DNA of 64,000 nt from Turneriella sp. (GTDB lineage: Bacteria; Spirochaetota; Leptospiria; Turneriellales; Turneriellaceae): contig CBDIID010000003.1 of NCBI GenBank assembly GCA_965279515.1, positions 1,152,001-1,216,000 of the forward strand, given 5' to 3'. Positions 9,313-19,266 of the stretch are shown piece by piece (position 1 is the stretch's first letter; each line of letters opens with the position of its first letter). The notes beneath the pieces were generated by a model. That model made no database searches. It saw only the letters and a program-made list of their open reading frames with translations, and was not told the origin of the DNA. The position numbers were made by a program, and so were the translations under genes.

Positions 9313-10328
9313 AACTTTTTCATCGCGGGTATTTCCGCGCTATGGTGGTTTCGGCTGGCCTTAATCTGTTTCACCCAATCATAATAACGCAGGTTGGGCG
9401 CCGCCCGGTGTACCGAATCGGCAAAGGTATAATTTTCAGATTTTTTAAGCAGCAGATGACCCAGTTCATGTAACCAGATCCACAAAATGGTCTCGATTTT
9501 CTGCTCGCGCGTCAGCGCGCCGCGCTGTTCGTTAAAGAATGCGGTATCGGCCAGCAGTGGATAAAGCCCTAGCACGCCCGCACCCTGTAACGGGCTATGC
9601 GCATTGTTTTCGACCAGCGCTGTCGTCACCCCACCCCGCGCGATAACGTAGAGAGGCATTCCTGTATCTGCTCCCAGGATGCCGGCATTGGTGAGGAAGA
9701 AATCGGTGTCTTTTTCTGCCTGTAGTAACGACGACCAGTGGCCATACGAATAGTATCTCTCATCGCTGGCATGCGAGCGGTCGAGAATTGCATTGCCGGC
9801 AAGATCTTTTTCCGCATAAATGCGATCGAGCTTTTGCAGAAAACTCCGTGTGCCTTCAGGCGCAGTTTTGATTTCACCCAGGTATTCCCGGATCTTTTCC
9901 TTGCTCTGGCTCTTCAGTGTAGCCTCGATCGCCGCCGTGATACGCGCATCACGGTCAGCCGAGAAATACGAAATCAAAAACCCCTGCGCGGGAAAAGCTA
10001 TGGGAAATTCACGGAAGCGCCTGTCGACCGACGCAAAAAAATCTGTAATCTTGGCGGGCCGGCCTTCGGTGACAGAGAGGGTATATCCGTAAATCTCGCG
10101 GACCTTTGCCTCAAGCTCGCGAAACAGTTTTGTGCGCTCCTCAAGGGTGAGCCCCGGCAGGTTTGTGGCTTCGACATAGCGCACCCTCAGGTTTATGGGC
10201 GCGGTTTTAGCAACCTCTTTCAGGTCCGGAAGAGCCGCGACATAAGCGTCGTAGCGATCGCTCTCTTTTTTCAGATCAACCGGTTTTGAACAAAACGACA
10301 GAATTAAGAGCGGAAGCAAGCGGCGCAT
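9309..10328 (-). CDS. Hypothetical lipoprotein with HExxH zincin motif
   Basis: Lipobox ILSFC; WLHELGHLL near the C-terminus. Confidence 0.7.
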   Translation of the reverse strand: MRRLLPLLILSFCSKPVDLKKESDRYDAYVAALPDLKEVAKTAPINLRVRYVEATNLPGLTLEERTKLFRELEAKVREIYGYTLSVTEGRPAKITDFFASVDRRFREFPIAFPAQGFLISYFSADRDARITAAIEATLKSQSKEKIREYLGEIKTAPEGTRSFLQKLDRIYAEKDLAGNAILDRSHASDERYYSYGHWSSLLQAEKDTDFFLTNAGILGADTGMPLYVIARGGVTTALVENNAHSPLQGAGVLGLYPLLADTAFFNEQRGALTREQKIETILWIWLHELGHLLLKKSENYTFADSVHRAAPNLRYYDWVKQIKASRNHHSAEIPAMKKF

Positions 10329-10339
10329 CGTGCGGCCTT

Positions 10340-12625
10340 TCAGGCAGCCCGTCGCGCTTCAAGCAGATTTTGCAAAAGCAGGCGAACGAGGCCCTTGAGG
10401 TTATCGGGCAAATCGGCATCGCCGTCTGTGCTGGCATCCCAAACCCCGACACACGACGGGCATCCCGTTTCGCACGAGCAACTTTCGACGGTGGTCAGCG
10501 CCAGAGTGAACAGCGCTTCATGGTTTGCCACGAGTTTATGCGAGAGGCCCACGCCTCCGGGATAATTGTCGTGGAAAATAATCGCATGGTTGCCGAATTT
10601 TTCGTCGCGGTAACCCGAGGCCACGGAAATATCGCGCCGGTCGCAGAGCGCGATGAGCGGTGAAAGCTGGCGGAGCAGATAGGCGAAACGTGTTAGCAAA
10701 GCGCTCATCTGCGATTCGGGAAGGGGCGGCAGGGCGCCGGCGGCGAGGTCAATCCACGCACCCTGTGTGTGCATTTCAATCTCAGGCGTATGGATCTGGC
10801 CCCAGCCCAGATTTTCCGAAGTTTCGATCTTGATCTTTTTGTAGAGGTACGCCTGGCGGCGCAGCGTCACTTCGCCCCAGTTGAGGCGACCCGCTTTTTC
10901 TTCACGGCTCTCTTCGAGATGCAGAATACTTTTGTGTACTTTTTCATGCGCATCGGTATAATAATCTGATTTGACTTCCTTGACTTCGGCGCGGCGTTCT
11001 TCCCAGATCAGTTTTTCGACATAAAAATGCCGGGCGCCGTGCATATAAATGGCTTCGTCATGGATAAAGAGCGGCGCAGAAAAATAATCGATTTCGCCGA
11101 TCACCTTCTCTGAACCCGTATGGGTTTTATCGACGATGACAAAATTATCGGTCGCAGCCGAACGTAAGGATACATTTGCCGCGGGATATGTATCGCTCAT
11201 CCAGAAATACTGGCCGCCCTTTTCGACGACGACGCGTTCTTCCTGCAGATGATCCATAAATGCATCGACGGCAAAGTTGCCAAATTTTTCGCCCTCCGCA
11301 AACCGGAGCTCATATGCGGCACACTTGAGCTGGTCCTGGTAGATTAACAGGTTATCGGGATTCACAATGGCCGCCTCGCCCTTGCTCTCGAAAAGATATT
11401 TGGGATTGTGCATCAGGTATTGGTCGAGCGCCGAAGGCGATGCCACCAGCACAGCCAGCGACGGCTCTTTTTTGCGCCCGGCGCGGCCAAACTGCTGGTA
11501 AAGCGAACTCATACGCCCCGGGTAACCGATCGAGATGACGGCGTTCAGCGAACCAATATCGATGCCGAGCTCCAGCGCGTTCGTCGAAACCACGCCGAGG
11601 GTGCCGCCGTCGCGCAGCGAACGTTCGACCTGCCGGCGCTCCAGGGGAAGAAATCCGCCGCGGTAGCCACGGACCTTTTCACCCAAACTTTCGGGCAGGC
11701 GTGAGCGCAGAAACTGCGTGAGTATTTCGACGCGGTTGCGGGAACGCGCAAAAAAGATCGTCGGCACAGCATTCTTGATCAGCCCCGCACCGATACGCGC
11801 CGCTGCTTTGTACGGCGATTCTGAAAGCTGGAGATTCTGGTAAAAAGGCGGATTATAAAAGAGGAAATATTTTTTGCCCTCAGGCGCCCCTGACTCAGTG
11901 ATCGCTTCAAAATCGCGGCCCGCGAGATTACCCGCGAGCTCCGCCGGATTAGCAATCGTCGCAGAGCAAAAGATGTAACGCGGTTTTGCACCGTAGTGGT
12001 CCATCAAACGATTCAGGCGGCGCAGCACATTCGCTACGTGTGAGCCAAACACACCGATATAGGTGTGCATCTCATCGATGACGATGGTTTCGAGATTTTC
12101 AAAGAAAGATTTCCAGATCGTGTGGTGCGGCATGATGCCCGAGTGCAGCATATCCGGGTTGGTAAGAATAAAATCGCCCGCCTTGCGCACGGCGCGCCGC
12201 TCTTCTTCTGGCGTATCACCGTCAAAGGTATTTACGTTCCAGGGTTTCTGCAAGAGCTCGGCATAACCACGGTACGCCGCAAGCTGGTCCTGTGCAAGCG
12301 CCTTCGTCGGAAACATAAAGAGGTGTTTGCCATTGGAGTTCTTCAGCTTCGCCTGCAGAATCGGTAAAAGGTAGCAGAGCGTTTTGCCCGATGCTGTCGG
12401 GGTCGTGACGACAAAATCTTTGCCCGCATCGTAGCGCTCAAAGGCCTCTTTCTGGTGCGAATACAGTTTGTCGATGCCGCGGTGTTTCAGTGCAGCTGCA
12501 AGCTCAGGCGCAAGCGCCGCCGGAAAAGACGCATACTGCGGCGCCTTCTCCGGAATTTCAATGAGCGCGCGGATGTTTTCGCCTTCAGTGCGCTTAAGCG
12601 ATTCGATGTATTGTTCTAAGTTCAT
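10340..12625 (-). CDS. DEAD/DEAH helicase with DUF1998 C-terminus (MrfA/YprA/Hrq1 family)
   Basis: LYSHQ, TPTASGKT, FPTKALAQDQ, TNPDMLH, DEMH, SATIANP, TNALELGIDIG, QQFGRAGR; C-terminal C..D and CSCETGCPSC. Confidence 0.93.
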   Translation of the reverse strand: MNLEQYIESLKRTEGENIRALIEIPEKAPQYASFPAALAPELAAALKHRGIDKLYSHQKEAFERYDAGKDFVVTTPTASGKTLCYLLPILQAKLKNSNGKHLFMFPTKALAQDQLAAYRGYAELLQKPWNVNTFDGDTPEEERRAVRKAGDFILTNPDMLHSGIMPHHTIWKSFFENLETIVIDEMHTYIGVFGSHVANVLRRLNRLMDHYGAKPRYIFCSATIANPAELAGNLAGRDFEAITESGAPEGKKYFLFYNPPFYQNLQLSESPYKAAARIGAGLIKNAVPTIFFARSRNRVEILTQFLRSRLPESLGEKVRGYRGGFLPLERRQVERSLRDGGTLGVVSTNALELGIDIGSLNAVISIGYPGRMSSLYQQFGRAGRKKEPSLAVLVASPSALDQYLMHNPKYLFESKGEAAIVNPDNLLIYQDQLKCAAYELRFAEGEKFGNFAVDAFMDHLQEERVVVEKGGQYFWMSDTYPAANVSLRSAATDNFVIVDKTHTGSEKVIGEIDYFSAPLFIHDEAIYMHGARHFYVEKLIWEERRAEVKEVKSDYYTDAHEKVHKSILHLEESREEKAGRLNWGEVTLRRQAYLYKKIKIETSENLGWGQIHTPEIEMHTQGAWIDLAAGALPPLPESQMSALLTRFAYLLRQLSPLIALCDRRDISVASGYRDEKFGNHAIIFHDNYPGGVGLSHKLVANHEALFTLALTTVESCSCETGCPSCVGVWDASTDGDADLPDNLKGLVRLLLQNLLEARRAA

Positions 12626-13608
12626 AATTGTTTAAAATCATACGCGATATGGAACAGCGCGCGCCCCGGCACCACCTGCGGATGCAGATGCATTCCCAGC
12701 ACAAAGCCGGTCTGCTCTGATAAAATTTCAGCGCGCTTATCGCCGAAAAGATCGGTGATAAACCCGAGCGCCTGCCCCGCGGCCACGTGGTCGCCCGGCG
12801 CCACCTGCGGCATAAAAAGTCCCGCATGCGTCGCACGCTGCCAAACAGCCTTACGGTAATAACCCGTCGGGTGATCGGCGAGGTTGGAGGTATTTTTTTC
12901 CGGCGGCATATTTTCGAGCACGACCTTCTCTACCGCCTCCAGCGAAACCAGGATTTTCAGCAACAGGAGTAATCCCATTTGCAGAATATTTTTTTCAAAA
13001 CGGCCCGTTTCACCGGCTTCGACGAGAAAGACGGGTTTACCGATCTTGCCGGCTTCTTTGCGCAGGCTGCCAGCGACGCCACTACTGGTCAGAATAATCT
13101 GCCGGTCGATATTGCGTGCCCAGGAACGCATCGTCTCGTCTTTCATATTGCCACGGATATGCGGAAAGTTCCAGCGGTTGTAGCTGCCCGAGTGCACATC
13201 GACGATGTAATCGGCCTGCGCGATAAAGTGCGTCCAGAGAAAGTTCGCAAGGCGCGCGCCCTCGCTGCCGTCCTTGAGCCCCGGGAACATGCGGTTGAGG
13301 TCGCGGCGGTCGGGCAGATAACGCGAATGGTTGGCATAACCCATGAGGTTGGCGACCGGCACGAGGCAAATGGAGCCCGATATTTCGGCGGCGATGCCCT
13401 CGAGGTGGGCGCAGAGTTCATGCAAGATACGCACGCCATTGAGTTCATCGCCATGGATTGCGGCAATAATGGTAATTTTAGGGCCGGGCTTCAGCCCGTG
13501 CACAAACAGGTAGGGCATCAGCCAGGAGCGCTGCGAGGCATCCTCTTCGAAGGGGACAAAGTGTTTTTGCCATTCACCCGGCGGGAAATTGTTCAAAAAT
13601 ACGCTCAT
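12622..13608 (-). CDS. Succinylglutamate desuccinylase/aspartoacylase family (M14 Zn hydrolase)
   Basis: AAIHGDELNG, RYLPDRRDLNRMFPG, DVHSG, VEAGE; C-terminal biotinyl-like barrel. Confidence 0.9.
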   Translation of the reverse strand: MSVFLNNFPPGEWQKHFVPFEEDASQRSWLMPYLFVHGLKPGPKITIIAAIHGDELNGVRILHELCAHLEGIAAEISGSICLVPVANLMGYANHSRYLPDRRDLNRMFPGLKDGSEGARLANFLWTHFIAQADYIVDVHSGSYNRWNFPHIRGNMKDETMRSWARNIDRQIILTSSGVAGSLRKEAGKIGKPVFLVEAGETGRFEKNILQMGLLLLLKILVSLEAVEKVVLENMPPEKNTSNLADHPTGYYRKAVWQRATHAGLFMPQVAPGDHVAAGQALGFITDLFGDKRAEILSEQTGFVLGMHLHPQVVPGRALFHIAYDFKQL

Positions 13609-13730
13609 ATCGCCGCCGGATTATGTCTCTTGCCCGCCGGCGATGGGAGGACAAGCATAATTATGTTGACCGGCTTGGGCGAAAATATACGTCTATATCA
13701 ATAAATATGGGGCTAAGACCCCGGAGGAAT

Positions 13731-14300
13731 ATGAGAAAAATCAAGTTATTAGCTATCTTTACCCTGGCAACAGCGTTCACTGCGCCTGCGTTTTCAGTTG
13801 CACAGCTCGGTGTTCAGGGCAATTACCAGAATGTTACGTTTAAACCTAGTTCAGGGAGCCTCGGTTATTCCGGTTTCGGCTTTGGCGCCGTCGGCCGCTT
13901 CACAGCGGGTATCCCCCTTCTGATCACATTTGCCGCAGGCCCCTACATGGATTTTGCGACACTGACAACCAGCACTGCTGGTAACGGCGACATTTCGCAC
14001 CTGCGTGTCGGTGGTGAAATTGCAATTTACGCAGACGTGATCGGCAACGTCACGGGCGGCTTTACTCCTTATGCCCGCTTCGGCTATGGTTACGAAAATA
14101 ACAGCGTCAAGGGCACAACCACCACGACATCTTATTCTGGCAGCGGCGGGCATACAATCGTCGGTGTGAGCAAAAGCCTTGTTCCCCTGGTTCACGTCTT
14201 TGTTGAAGGTGGCGCACAGTGGAGCTCACTTTCCGCGTCCGGTACAGATTTAACCACCAGCGGCTATAGGCTGTCTCTCGGCGCGATGATCTGGCTCTGA
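13731..14300 (+). CDS. Small outer-membrane beta-barrel protein
   Basis: GGAGG RBS before ATG 13731; signal peptide; alternating beta strands (PYARFGYGY, VFVEGG); C-terminus SLGAMIWL. Confidence 0.75.
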   Translation: MRKIKLLAIFTLATAFTAPAFSVAQLGVQGNYQNVTFKPSSGSLGYSGFGFGAVGRFTAGIPLLITFAAGPYMDFATLTTSTAGNGDISHLRVGGEIAIYADVIGNVTGGFTPYARFGYGYENNSVKGTTTTTSYSGSGGHTIVGVSKSLVPLVHVFVEGGAQWSSLSASGTDLTTSGYRLSLGAMIWL

Positions 14301-14911
14301 GACTCTACCTTCACCCACAGAATCCCGAAGCGCGGCGAGTCAAAGAACTCGCTGCGCTGCTTAAAAACGGCGCCCTGCTCATTTTACCGACCGACACGGT
14401 CTATGCATTCGTCACCCTTGCGCAAAATAAAGACAGCGTCATTAAAATTCAGCGCATCAAGGATCTCCCCAAGAACAAAGCCCTGACACTCTATTGCCGT
14501 GATTTCTCGCAGATGAGCGGTTATGTGCGTTCGCAGGGAAACCAGCTCTTCCGTTTTCTCAAAGAAATTTTACCGGGCCCGTACACGTTAATCTTCGACG
14601 CGGCGAAGAATCTGCCGCATTACGCCGTGACAAAACAGAATACGGTGGGCATCCGCGTTGTCGAACATCCGCTCATTGCCGCACTATTAGCCGAGTTGGA
14701 TTTACCCCTCATCGGCAGCTCGCTCGATATTCCGCTCGCCGACATGCATGACTTCGAAGAGCTCGCCGATCTCTACGAAAACCGCGTCGACGCGGTCGTC
14801 AACTGCGGCGAGGTCAATGCCCAGTATTCGACGATTCTCGACGTACGCGACTGGCCGCCGCGGCTTATACGAGCAGGGGCCGGCGCCATACCTTCGGGAA
14901 TTCAGTCCTAA
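14291..14911 (+). CDS. Sua5/YciO/YrdC family protein, probable CTG start at 14291 or 14297
   Basis: Frame upstream of the tracked ATG 14513 reads LALRLYLHPQNPEARR..LLKNGALLILPTDTVYAF; then LPGPYTLI, TVGIRV, STILD, IRAGAG. Confidence 0.85.
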   Translation: MALRLYLHPQNPEARRVKELAALLKNGALLILPTDTVYAFVTLAQNKDSVIKIQRIKDLPKNKALTLYCRDFSQMSGYVRSQGNQLFRFLKEILPGPYTLIFDAAKNLPHYAVTKQNTVGIRVVEHPLIAALLAELDLPLIGSSLDIPLADMHDFEELADLYENRVDAVVNCGEVNAQYSTILDVRDWPPRLIRAGAGAIPSGIQS

Positions 14912-15044
14912 ATCCCTCGCTATAGCCGCCCGCGCAAACAGCGTGCCATTTTTGCACGTTCCGAAAATGCCGAAAACTATGCGTAGATTTACGAATTGAT
15001 TAACAATAGAATTCACGTTAAGAGTCGTACCTCAGACTACCGCA

Positions 15045-16157
15045 ATGGAAGATACACCGAACAAACCGGCAAACGAAGTCAGAAAGATCATTGATCATGT
15101 TCAATTGCATCAGATCACGGAGAGACTTTTCTGCCGCCTGCCGATCCATCTCATCCATAATAACCAGCGGCATACCGTGCAGGCGGTACACTACCAGCAC
15201 CCGCAATTTGAAGTTGTGCATAACGCGCCGCGCGCCGACGACCGCACGCTGTTACTCGAAAAAGACGATCATTCGATGATGCTCGAGTGCAGCGTCGTCG
15301 GCCGTACGGAAAAAGGCAGCGAGATTCTAAAACCGCTACGGCTCTATCTCACGAAACGCGGTGTGCGCCATGAAAACAGGATGTCTCTTGGAGACGCCGG
15401 CTCGTTCGCAGGAGTCGTCATCCACTGCCTGCCGCACGGGGAGTTTTATAAAACGAATGCGGCGAGCAACGCGGCGCGCGATCAGGTGATACAACAATAC
15501 ATAACGGCGCTCAAGGGCCTGATACCAGACGCGAAAATAAAGATAGAATTGCAGCGCCACAGCCGCCTCAGCGTACGCGTCAAAAAAATGCAGGATTTCA
15601 ACCTACCCGTCTTTGCACCCATGATGGAAAGGGAACGGCAGGGCGATGACCTGAATCTCAGGGCGATACCATACTCTGAATATACCCAGATTATGCGCGC
15701 CGACGCGCTGCCGGGCGACTACATCGGCGAGATCTGCGAACCGATCAAATACCGTGACGCTCTGATGATCGGCTATGTGCAGGTGCTGACACTCAGCCCC
15801 ACGAACCTCAGCCAATACCATTCTGTGCGGCAGCTGACCCGGCGGCTCGAAGCCGACCTCGAAGCGCGTGGGGCTTTTCCCAAGAACCCGATTACGGGAA
15901 AGATCGTCGACCTCAGCTTCGGCGGTATCGGCTTCAATTACACGACGCAGCGCAACGTCATGTCGGGGGTAACTTCGGGCGATAAGATCGTCTTTGACGC
16001 CCGCTTTAATCCTGAAAATTTCGCAACCCTAAGCGGCAAGATCATGAACGTGAGTGCCCAGGAAAATGCCATGCGCTTCGGTGTGGAAATCGAGAACGTG
16101 TCGGAAAAGGCCCGCACCGCCATCGACAATATGCTGAACAATGAAGCGCAACAGTAA
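15045..16157 (+). CDS. DUF1577-like / YcgR-like PilZ-domain c-di-GMP receptor
   Basis: RHENR (RxxxR) at about aa 108 and IVDLSFGGIGF (DxSxxG) near the C-terminus, with a GAF-like segment between them (EPIKY..IGYVQV). Confidence 0.7.
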   Translation: MEDTPNKPANEVRKIIDHVQLHQITERLFCRLPIHLIHNNQRHTVQAVHYQHPQFEVVHNAPRADDRTLLLEKDDHSMMLECSVVGRTEKGSEILKPLRLYLTKRGVRHENRMSLGDAGSFAGVVIHCLPHGEFYKTNAASNAARDQVIQQYITALKGLIPDAKIKIELQRHSRLSVRVKKMQDFNLPVFAPMMERERQGDDLNLRAIPYSEYTQIMRADALPGDYIGEICEPIKYRDALMIGYVQVLTLSPTNLSQYHSVRQLTRRLEADLEARGAFPKNPITGKIVDLSFGGIGFNYTTQRNVMSGVTSGDKIVFDARFNPENFATLSGKIMNVSAQENAMRFGVEIENVSEKARTAIDNMLNNEAQQ

Positions 16158-16182
16158 GCTGCTTCAGCACGTCCCCACAACG

Positions 16183-16207
16183 GAGACCCGGCTTTACGCC
16201 GGGTCTC
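16183..16207. repeat. Perfect 10-bp inverted repeat between the PilZ gene and leuS
   Basis: GAGACCCGGC-TTTAC-GCCGGGTCTC; no U-tract follows on either strand. Confidence 0.6.
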
Positions 16208-16225
16208 AAAACAGAAATCTGCTGC

Positions 16226-18739
16226 ATGTCGTATCCGTTCGCAGAGATCGAAAAAAAGTGGCAGGCGTTCTGGGAAAAGAACCAGACCTTTAAGACGGAA
16301 GATGATTTCTCGAAGCCCAAATACTTTGTTCTCGATATGTTTCCCTACCCCTCGGGTGCAGGTCTCCATGTCGGCCACCCTGAAGGTTATACCGCTACAG
16401 ATATTATCGCACGCAAAAAGCGCATGCAGGGGTTTAATGTCCTGCATCCCATGGGCTGGGATGCATTCGGCCTGCCGGCGGAGCGTTATGCGATGCAGAC
16501 GGGCATCCATCCTTCGATCACGACAAAGCAGAATATCGATAACTTCCGCCGCCAGCTGAAATCGCTGGGTTTTTCGTATGACTGGTCGCGCGAAGTCGAT
16601 ACGACCGATCCCGGTTATTATAAATTCACGCAGTGGATCTTCCTCAAATTTTTCAACTCGTGGTACGACAGCGATGCGCAAAAGGCGCGCCCCATTGCCG
16701 AGCTCAAGATACCCGCAGAGCTGAAGGGCAAAGAACGCGAAACGTTCATAGCCAACCACCGCCTGGCATACATTGCGAATATGCCCGTCAACTGGTGCGA
16801 AGAACTCGGCACCGTACTCGCCAACGAAGAAGTCGACGAATGGGTTGAGAAGGGTTACAAAGTCGAGCGCCGGCCGATGCGCCAATGGATGCTCCGCATC
16901 ACCGCCTATGCCGGGCGGTTGCTCGATGATCTCGCCGGGCTCGAATGGCCGCAGGGCACAATTGAGCTGCAGAAAAACTGGATCGGGCGATCGACCGGTG
17001 CCTTGGTCGATTTCGGCGTTGAAGGTTCCGCGGAAAAACTGCAGGTCTTCACGACGCGGCCCGACACGCTCTACGGTGTGACATTCATGGTGATCGCACC
17101 GGAGCACCCGCTGATCGACAAGATTGTTCCCGCTGCTCAAAAACAAGCGGTCGAGGAATACCGTAAGGCGACGGCGCTGAAGACCGATCTCGACCGCCAG
17201 ATGGATGCGGCGAAAAAAGAAAAGACGGGAATCCCCTTAGGCATAAACGCAATCCATCCGCTCACAAAAGAGAAAATTCCACTCTATACCGCTGATTATG
17301 TACTCATGGGTTATGGCACCGGTGCGATCATGGCCGTGCCGGCGCACGACGAACGCGATTTTGCCTTCGCCGAACAGCACAAGATCGCAATTAAACAAGT
17401 CGTATCAACAGGGCAGGAAACCGAGCTGCCATTTTCAGACGACGGTGTCGCTGTGAATTCACCGATTTTCGACGGCCTGAAAACCCCGGAGGCCAAAGAA
17501 AAAATTATCGCCCACCTCGAAAAAGGAAATCTCGGTCAACGCCGCATCCAGTACAAGCTGCGCGACTGGTTGTTTTCGCGCCAGCGCTACTGGGGCGAGC
17601 CGGTACCAGTGAGTTTCGACGCGGACGGCAATATGATCGGCGAAGAAGACGGCGAACTGCCGCTCGCCTTACCCGAAAGCCAGAACTTCCAGCCCGCAGG
17701 TACGGGTGAGTCGCCGCTGGCGCTGGTTACCGAATGGGTCAACACCACCAAAAACGGCAAGCCGGTGAAGCGCGAAACCAACACTATGCCGCAATGGGCG
17801 GGCAGCTCGTGGTATTACCTGCGCTTCGCCGACCCGCATAATAAGGATGTTTTCGTCTCAGCCGAAAAAGAAAAATACTGGCTGAAAGGCGGCGTCGATC
17901 TCTATGTCGGCGGCGGCGAACATGCGGTGCTGCACCTGCTCTATGCGCGTTTCTGGCATAAGCTGCTCTACGACCTGGGTTACGTAAGTTCGCTCGAACC
18001 CTTCAAAAAGCTCGTGCACCAGGGCATCATTCTGGGCGAAGATGGCTCTAAAATGTCAAAGTCACGCGGCAATGTCATCAACCCCGACTCGGTCGTGGCC
18101 GAACACGGCGCAGATACATTTCGCCTGTACGAAATGTTCATGGGTCCGCTCGAGCAGATGAAGCCATGGTCGTCCAAGAGCATCGAAGGCATCTACCGCT
18201 TTCTCGCGCGTGTCTACCGGCTCTATCTGAATGAAGGTAAACTCAGCGAAAAACTGCTGGCAAAACCATCGGACGAAAAACCCGTTCTCAAAGTTTTGCA
18301 CCAAACCATCAAAAAGGTGAGCGAAGACATCGAAACGCTCTCACTCAACACCGCCATCTCGCAGATGATGATCTTTATCAACGAAGCCTACCGCATCGAA
18401 TCGATCGGCCGCGACGCCGCTGAAAGTTTCATTAAACTTTTGCATCCGTTCGCGCCCCACCTCACCGAAGAGATCTGGCAGGCGCTCGGCAATAATGAAA
18501 GCATCTGTAAGGCCGCCTGGCCGAAACACGATCCTGCACACCTCGTCGAAAGTGAGTTTGAGGCCGTGATGCAGATTAACGGCAAGATCCGCGCGCGGAT
18601 GAACCTCGCGATGAACATCGCCGACGCCGATTTTGAAAAAGCGGCGCGTGAGGTTGACGCCGTAAAAGCCGGGCTCGACGGCAAAACAGTGCGTAAGGTG
18701 ATTGTCGTGAAGAATAAGATGATTAACTTTGTCGTTTAA
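16226..18739 (+). CDS. leuS: Leucyl-tRNA synthetase
   Basis: MFPYPSGAGLHVGH, GWDAFGLPAE, FTTRPDT, GTGAIMAVPAHD, SRQRYWG, KMSKS. Confidence 0.99.
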   Translation: MSYPFAEIEKKWQAFWEKNQTFKTEDDFSKPKYFVLDMFPYPSGAGLHVGHPEGYTATDIIARKKRMQGFNVLHPMGWDAFGLPAERYAMQTGIHPSITTKQNIDNFRRQLKSLGFSYDWSREVDTTDPGYYKFTQWIFLKFFNSWYDSDAQKARPIAELKIPAELKGKERETFIANHRLAYIANMPVNWCEELGTVLANEEVDEWVEKGYKVERRPMRQWMLRITAYAGRLLDDLAGLEWPQGTIELQKNWIGRSTGALVDFGVEGSAEKLQVFTTRPDTLYGVTFMVIAPEHPLIDKIVPAAQKQAVEEYRKATALKTDLDRQMDAAKKEKTGIPLGINAIHPLTKEKIPLYTADYVLMGYGTGAIMAVPAHDERDFAFAEQHKIAIKQVVSTGQETELPFSDDGVAVNSPIFDGLKTPEAKEKIIAHLEKGNLGQRRIQYKLRDWLFSRQRYWGEPVPVSFDADGNMIGEEDGELPLALPESQNFQPAGTGESPLALVTEWVNTTKNGKPVKRETNTMPQWAGSSWYYLRFADPHNKDVFVSAEKEKYWLKGGVDLYVGGGEHAVLHLLYARFWHKLLYDLGYVSSLEPFKKLVHQGIILGEDGSKMSKSRGNVINPDSVVAEHGADTFRLYEMFMGPLEQMKPWSSKSIEGIYRFLARVYRLYLNEGKLSEKLLAKPSDEKPVLKVLHQTIKKVSEDIETLSLNTAISQMMIFINEAYRIESIGRDAAESFIKLLHPFAPHLTEEIWQALGNNESICKAAWPKHDPAHLVESEFEAVMQINGKIRARMNLAMNIADADFEKAAREVDAVKAGLDGKTVRKVIVVKNKMINFVV

Positions 18740-18741
18740 GG

Positions 18742-19266
18742 ATGCTGAACAACGAGAAATCGATACTGCGGGCTGAATTTAAGGAATACGCAGAAGATTT
18801 CTTCGCGGCGAAGAGTGCTGCCGAACTCGAAAAAATACATGCAGCGATTTCGGCAAAACTCAGCGAATATTGCCGAAAGATTTTTAAGCCGGGGGCAATC
18901 CCACCGCAGCGCATCGCCATTTACGAACCCATGAAATACGAACTGCCCGTGCGCGGCATTGTTGAAGCGACCGACTTTCTGAAAGGTGCAGATTTTCTCT
19001 ACCCCGAATACAATGCCGCCGACATGTGGTTTGTGGATGCAAAGACGCGCGAAAAAGCCCAGCCGGATTTTATCATTATTCCCGGCCTCTTCGTTGATAA
19101 AGAGGGCCATCGCCTGGGCCGCGGCAGGGGCTATTACGACCGTTATCTCAAAGAATCGCCGCTCCCGAAGGAGCGGCGGGTTTTTCTCGGCTACCCGTTC
19201 CAGTTTCTGGAATTTGTACCGACCAACGCACAAGACACGAGCGTTGAGCTCATACACATTGTTTAG
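18742..19266 (+). CDS. 5-formyltetrahydrofolate cyclo-ligase family
   Basis: IIPGL..D..GHRLGRGRGYYDRYL and C-terminal VP...D; 2 nt after the leuS stop. Confidence 0.85.
   Translation: MLNNEKSILRAEFKEYAEDFFAAKSAAELEKIHAAISAKLSEYCRKIFKPGAIPPQRIAIYEPMKYELPVRGIVEATDFLKGADFLYPEYNAADMWFVDAKTREKAQPDFIIIPGLFVDKEGHRLGRGRGYYDRYLKESPLPKERRVFLGYPFQFLEFVPTNAQDTSVELIHIV

Noticed and set aside
10340..12625. DISARM/Druantia anti-phage system
   Set aside because: The DUF1998 helicase is alone, with no methylase, PLD nuclease or other defence genes; MrfA-like repair is simpler.
12979..13704. 241-aa plus-strand ORF
   Set aside because: Antisense to the well-supported aspartoacylase-family gene.
15938..17146. 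402-aa minus-strand ORF
   Set aside because: Antisense shadow of leuS and the PilZ gene; no recognisable motifs.
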